A stretch of 50,268 bases of DNA from a virus. Lineage: Duplodnaviria > Heunggongvirae > Uroviricota > Caudoviricetes. The DNA lies in the IMG/VR virus record IMGVR_UViG_3300007734_000754, positions 64,001 to 114,268 of that record; one strand, 5' to 3'. How positions within the stretch are numbered: the first letter of the stretch is position 1; every line of letters begins with the position of its first letter. The notes beneath the pieces are model-generated. The model did no database searches. It had not been told where the DNA came from and saw only the letters and a list, made by a program, of their open reading frames with translations. Position numbers and translations under genes: made by a program. Positions 47,113-50,268 of this stretch are shown one piece after another.

Positions 47113-47131
47113 AATAAAAACATATTTATAA

Positions 47132-47587
47132 ATGATACAAATTAATGTAGCGCCAACAGTGTTCGATTATGACATCGAATATAATTTTAATGCAGCCGAC
47201 ATGAGCAACAAGTTATTTTGTACATTCTCCTCAGAACAACAACTAGACGAGATTTTAAGTACAATTCAGACTAAATACAAGATCATTTATAATAAAATTT
47301 TCGTTCTTTATTCAAAGAGTCAAGATGAATATATCTGTACATATAATGTAGAATTTGGAAACGTTTCTAATTTTTTAGAGAATACTATTTTAGTTCATAG
47401 AAAAAAAGAATCAAATACACTATACACAATCAATTCACTAAACCGTCTAATCGAATCCTTAAACGGAGGAGTATTAGATATAAACTTCAGAGTGGAATGG
47501 AATGACTATCAAAACTGTATATTATTAACAAAAGGAGCAGAATTAAAGAGAGTCAATACAAAATTATTTAGAATAATAGAATTATAG
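47132..47587 (+). CDS. Hypothetical protein in the replication module
   Basis: 151 aa ORF; alternative start at MSNKLFCTFS. Confidence 0.6.
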   Translation: MIQINVAPTVFDYDIEYNFNAADMSNKLFCTFSSEQQLDEILSTIQTKYKIIYNKIFVLYSKSQDEYICTYNVEFGNVSNFLENTILVHRKKESNTLYTINSLNRLIESLNGGVLDINFRVEWNDYQNCILLTKGAELKRVNTKLFRIIEL

Positions 47588-47619
47588 TTGGAATATTAAA
47601 CTATTTTTCTTATCTTATA
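47588..47619 (+). promoter_or_regulatory. Host-type promoter of the SSB-recA-exonuclease operon
   Basis: TTG at 47588, N20, TATCTTAT at 47611. Confidence 0.6.
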
Positions 47620-47653
47620 TAAATAAAAGTTTTAATTAAAAATCAGTTACATT

Positions 47654-48505
47654 ATGGATTTAAACGCTATCAAGAATAAGCTAGCAGCTTTAAACAGCAC
47701 CGGAAATCAAGACCGTGAAAAAGTAGACTTTGATAAGATCTACTGGAAACCAGCAAACGGAAAATCAACAATTCGTATCGTTCCTTCAGCATTCAATGCT
47801 GCAGATCCTTTCACAGAATTGAAACTACACTACAACATCGGGAAGTTCCCTATGATGTCATTGTCGAATTACGGCAAACAAGATCCAATTGAAGAATTCG
47901 TAAAAGAATTAAGAAAGACTTCTGACAAAGACAATTGGTCTTTATCTGGAAAGTTATCACCTAAATCTAGATTCTTTGCTCCTGTTATTGTAAGAGGAGA
48001 GGAAGAAAAAGGAGTTCGTCTTTGGTCATTCGGAGTTAATATTTACAAAGCATTACTTGCTTTAGCAGAAGATGAAGACATTGGAGATTTTACAGACGTA
48101 ATGAGTGGATGGGATATGGTTGTAGAAAATACACCAGCTGCAGGACCAGGTCAATTTCCAACTACAACGGTTCGTATCAAACCAAAACAAACAGTATTAT
48201 CAGATGATGATAGTAAAGTAAACTCTTGGTTAAAAGATCAACCAAACGCACTAGAAGTACAAACTCAGTACGACTATGAATATATCAAGAAAAAACTACA
48301 AGAGTATTTAAACCCAGGAGAAGAAGTAGCAACAGCAGCTCCAGTAGCAGCAGAATCAATTGCACCAGTATCTGCTCCAACAGCAGTAGCTGAACCAACT
48401 GATTTAACAGCAGCTTTAGGAAGCCATAAAACAGACTTTACTTTAGAAACTGCAGTTGAGGGTAACAAAAGTACAGTAAATAAATTCGACGATTTATTTA
48501 GCTAA
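47654..48505 (+). CDS. gp32: Single-stranded DNA-binding protein (T4 gp32-like)
   Basis: WKP..GKSTIRIVP, GVRLWSFG, D.TD...G.D; acidic C terminus ending DDLFS. Confidence 0.85.
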   Translation: MDLNAIKNKLAALNSTGNQDREKVDFDKIYWKPANGKSTIRIVPSAFNAADPFTELKLHYNIGKFPMMSLSNYGKQDPIEEFVKELRKTSDKDNWSLSGKLSPKSRFFAPVIVRGEEEKGVRLWSFGVNIYKALLALAEDEDIGDFTDVMSGWDMVVENTPAAGPGQFPTTTVRIKPKQTVLSDDDSKVNSWLKDQPNALEVQTQYDYEYIKKKLQEYLNPGEEVATAAPVAAESIAPVSAPTAVAEPTDLTAALGSHKTDFTLETAVEGNKSTVNKFDDLFS

Positions 48506-48508
48506 GAA

Positions 48509-49588
48509 ATGGCAGGTAAAAAAACAACCCCTAGAACCGCTAGCGAAATAATCAAAGGCGGTTTTAGTCTTGATAACTTTAAGAAAAATAAAGGATTTAG
48601 TAATTCTTCTGTAAAATTTAAAGAACAAGACTGGATTAAAGTCTCAGATGCTTTTACCGAAGTAACATCTCTCAAAGGAATTCCTATGGGACATATTACT
48701 CTCTTAAGAGGACATTCCGATACAGGTAAAACAACACTACTACTAGAGGCAGCAGTTGAAGCTCAGAAAAGACAAGTATTACCAGTATTCATTATTACTG
48801 AGATGAAATGGTCATGGCCACATGCTCAAATGATGGGTCTTGAAGTTGAAGAAGTAATAGATGAGGATACAGGAGAAATAACTGACTATAGAGGATTTTT
48901 CTTATATGCAGATAGAGGAACTCTAAACACGATAGAAGACGTAGCAGTTTATATCCTAGACTTAATTGACGAGCAGAAAAAAGGAAATCTTCCTTACGAC
49001 TTATGCTTCTTCTGGGATTCAGTTGGATCAGTACCAAGTGATTTATCTGTAAGATCAAATAAGAATAATAACGAATGGAATGCTGGAGCAATGTCTACTC
49101 AATTTGGAAATAACGTAAATCAAAAAATTATGTTATCAAGAAAAGAAGCAAGCAAGTACACAAATACTTTAGTAGCTATTAATAAAGTTTGGACTGCAAA
49201 ACCTGAACATCCAATGGGGCAACCTAGATTGGAAAATAAGGGAGGAAAAACTATGTGGTATGATGCTACAGTTATTATTACTTTTGGGAATATAACAAAC
49301 TCAGGAACTAGTAAAATTAAAGCAATTGCAAAAGGTAAAGAGTTTGAATTTGCTAAAAGAACTAAAGTTCAGATAGAGAAAAACCATATCGATGGAATTC
49401 AATCAAGAGGAGCAATTATTATGACTAGTCATGGATTTATTGCAGATGATAAAAAAGCAATCGATACATACAAAGATACTCACAAAGGATCTTGGGCAAA
49501 CACTTTAGGGTCAACAGACTTTACAGTAACAATAGAAGCCGAAGTAGGAGAAGATGTAAGAACTGATATGGAAATGCTCGATGAATAA
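48509..49588 (+). CDS. recA: RecA/UvsX-like recombinase
   Basis: Walker A GHSDTGKTT, Walker B FFWDSVG, INKVW, GG.T..YDA. Confidence 0.88.
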   Translation: MAGKKTTPRTASEIIKGGFSLDNFKKNKGFSNSSVKFKEQDWIKVSDAFTEVTSLKGIPMGHITLLRGHSDTGKTTLLLEAAVEAQKRQVLPVFIITEMKWSWPHAQMMGLEVEEVIDEDTGEITDYRGFFLYADRGTLNTIEDVAVYILDLIDEQKKGNLPYDLCFFWDSVGSVPSDLSVRSNKNNNEWNAGAMSTQFGNNVNQKIMLSRKEASKYTNTLVAINKVWTAKPEHPMGQPRLENKGGKTMWYDATVIITFGNITNSGTSKIKAIAKGKEFEFAKRTKVQIEKNHIDGIQSRGAIIMTSHGFIADDKKAIDTYKDTHKGSWANTLGSTDFTVTIEAEVGEDVRTDMEMLDE

Positions 49589-50268
49589 TTATTTAGACAT
49601 ACTAAATAAAATCGAGCAAAAACCAGACAGAAAATTAAACGACCATGTTTTAATTGTAGATAGCATGAATACCTTTATAAGGTCTTTTGCAATGCTACAA
49701 TCAATGAATCCCCAAGGCCATCACACCGGTGGTCTTGTTGGTTTCTTGAGATCGTTGGGATTCTTGATGAGAACAATTGATCCTACTAGAATTATTTGTG
49801 TGTTTGACGGACAAGCTTCTTCCTCAAGTAGGAAGAATATTGATCCTGAATACAAAGCAAATAGAAATATTAAGAGGATTACCAATTGGGAAATATTCGA
49901 TGATAAAGATGATGAATTCCAAAGCATGACAATGCAAATGGGACGATTGGTTGAGTACCTACAGTGCTTACCTCTAACTCTAATCTCTATTGATAAGATA
50001 GAAGCAGATGATACCATATCTTACCTAGCTCAGAAATTTGGAGCTAATAATAAGAAAGTAACAATTGTTTCTTCTGATAAAGATTTTCTTCAGATAGTAG
50101 ATGAAAACATTGAAGTTTATTCCCCTATCAAGAAAAAAACCTATGGAAAAAAAGAGGTACAGGAAGAGATAGGGTTACTTCCTGAGAATTATTTAGTTAT
50201 GAAAGCATTACTAGGTGATAACTCAGACAACCTTACAGGGATAAAAGGATTAGGACCTAAAACACTTT
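49581..50268 (+). CDS. 5'-3' exonuclease / flap endonuclease (T4 RNase H, Pol I 5' nuclease-like), truncated by the window end (not in the ORF track)
   Basis: Translated by hand from ATG 49581: LIVDSMN, VFDG, EYKANR, EADD, SSDKDF.Q, GDNSDNL.GIKGLGPKT. Confidence 0.92.
   Translation, partial: MNNYLDILNKIEQKPDRKLNDHVLIVDSMNTFIRSFAMLQSMNPQGHHTGGLVGFLRSLGFLMRTIDPTRIICVFDGQASSSSRKNIDPEYKANRNIKRITNWEIFDDKDDEFQSMTMQMGRLVEYLQCLPLTLISIDKIEADDTISYLAQKFGANNKKVTIVSSDKDFLQIVDENIEVYSPIKKKTYGKKEVQEEIGLLPENYLVMKALLGDNSDNLTGIKGLGPKTL

Noticed and set aside
3842-50017. All minus-strand ORFs in the track (for example 7076..7531, 20022..20438, 31279..31929)
   Set aside because: They are antisense shadows of strongly supported plus-strand genes, with Leu/Phe/Ser-rich sequence expected from the A-rich coding strand and no motifs.
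1-50268. tRNA, rRNA or prophage/integration features
   Set aside because: Intergenic gaps are short and AT-rich with no cloverleaf-like or T-arm sequence seen; no integrase or host genes. This was a by-eye check, not a tRNAscan run.

Overview
The window is a gene-dense stretch of a large T4-like myophage genome (Caudoviricetes), with every credible gene on the + strand. Promoters of the form TTG-N20-TAnnTT and A-rich starts lacking Shine-Dalgarno sites suggest a Bacteroidota host (inference). Gene order: accessory and putative head-packaged proteins (1-7.9 kb); large terminase, portal, core proteins, prohead protease, scaffold and major capsid (8-19 kb); PhoH; fibre-like proteins interleaved with gp13/gp14/gp15-like neck genes (19.8-33.3 kb); sheath, tube, gp26-like chaperone, tape measure, baseplate/LysM and a hub with an SleB-like hydrolase (33.4-45.7 kb); then a compact family A polymerase, gp32-like SSB, RecA/UvsX and a 5'-3' exonuclease cut by the window end. 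Four observations stand out. (i) About ten proteins share N-terminal leaders ending in [LIV]-x-E, and some look like polyproteins of modules split by the same motif, which points to a prohead-protease-processed capsid cargo system that includes a GNAT enzyme. (ii) A start-less +1-frame ORF lies behind a TTT TTT T run at the end of the tail chaperone gene, a candidate +1/-2 programmed frameshift. (iii) A second +1 frameshift candidate sits at about 6470. (iv) There are two promoter classes, one being TATTTATA, the reverse complement of the T4 late promoter. I saw no tRNA, rRNA, CRISPR array, integrase, reverse transcriptase or intein. All family assignments come from motif recognition by eye, with no database searches.
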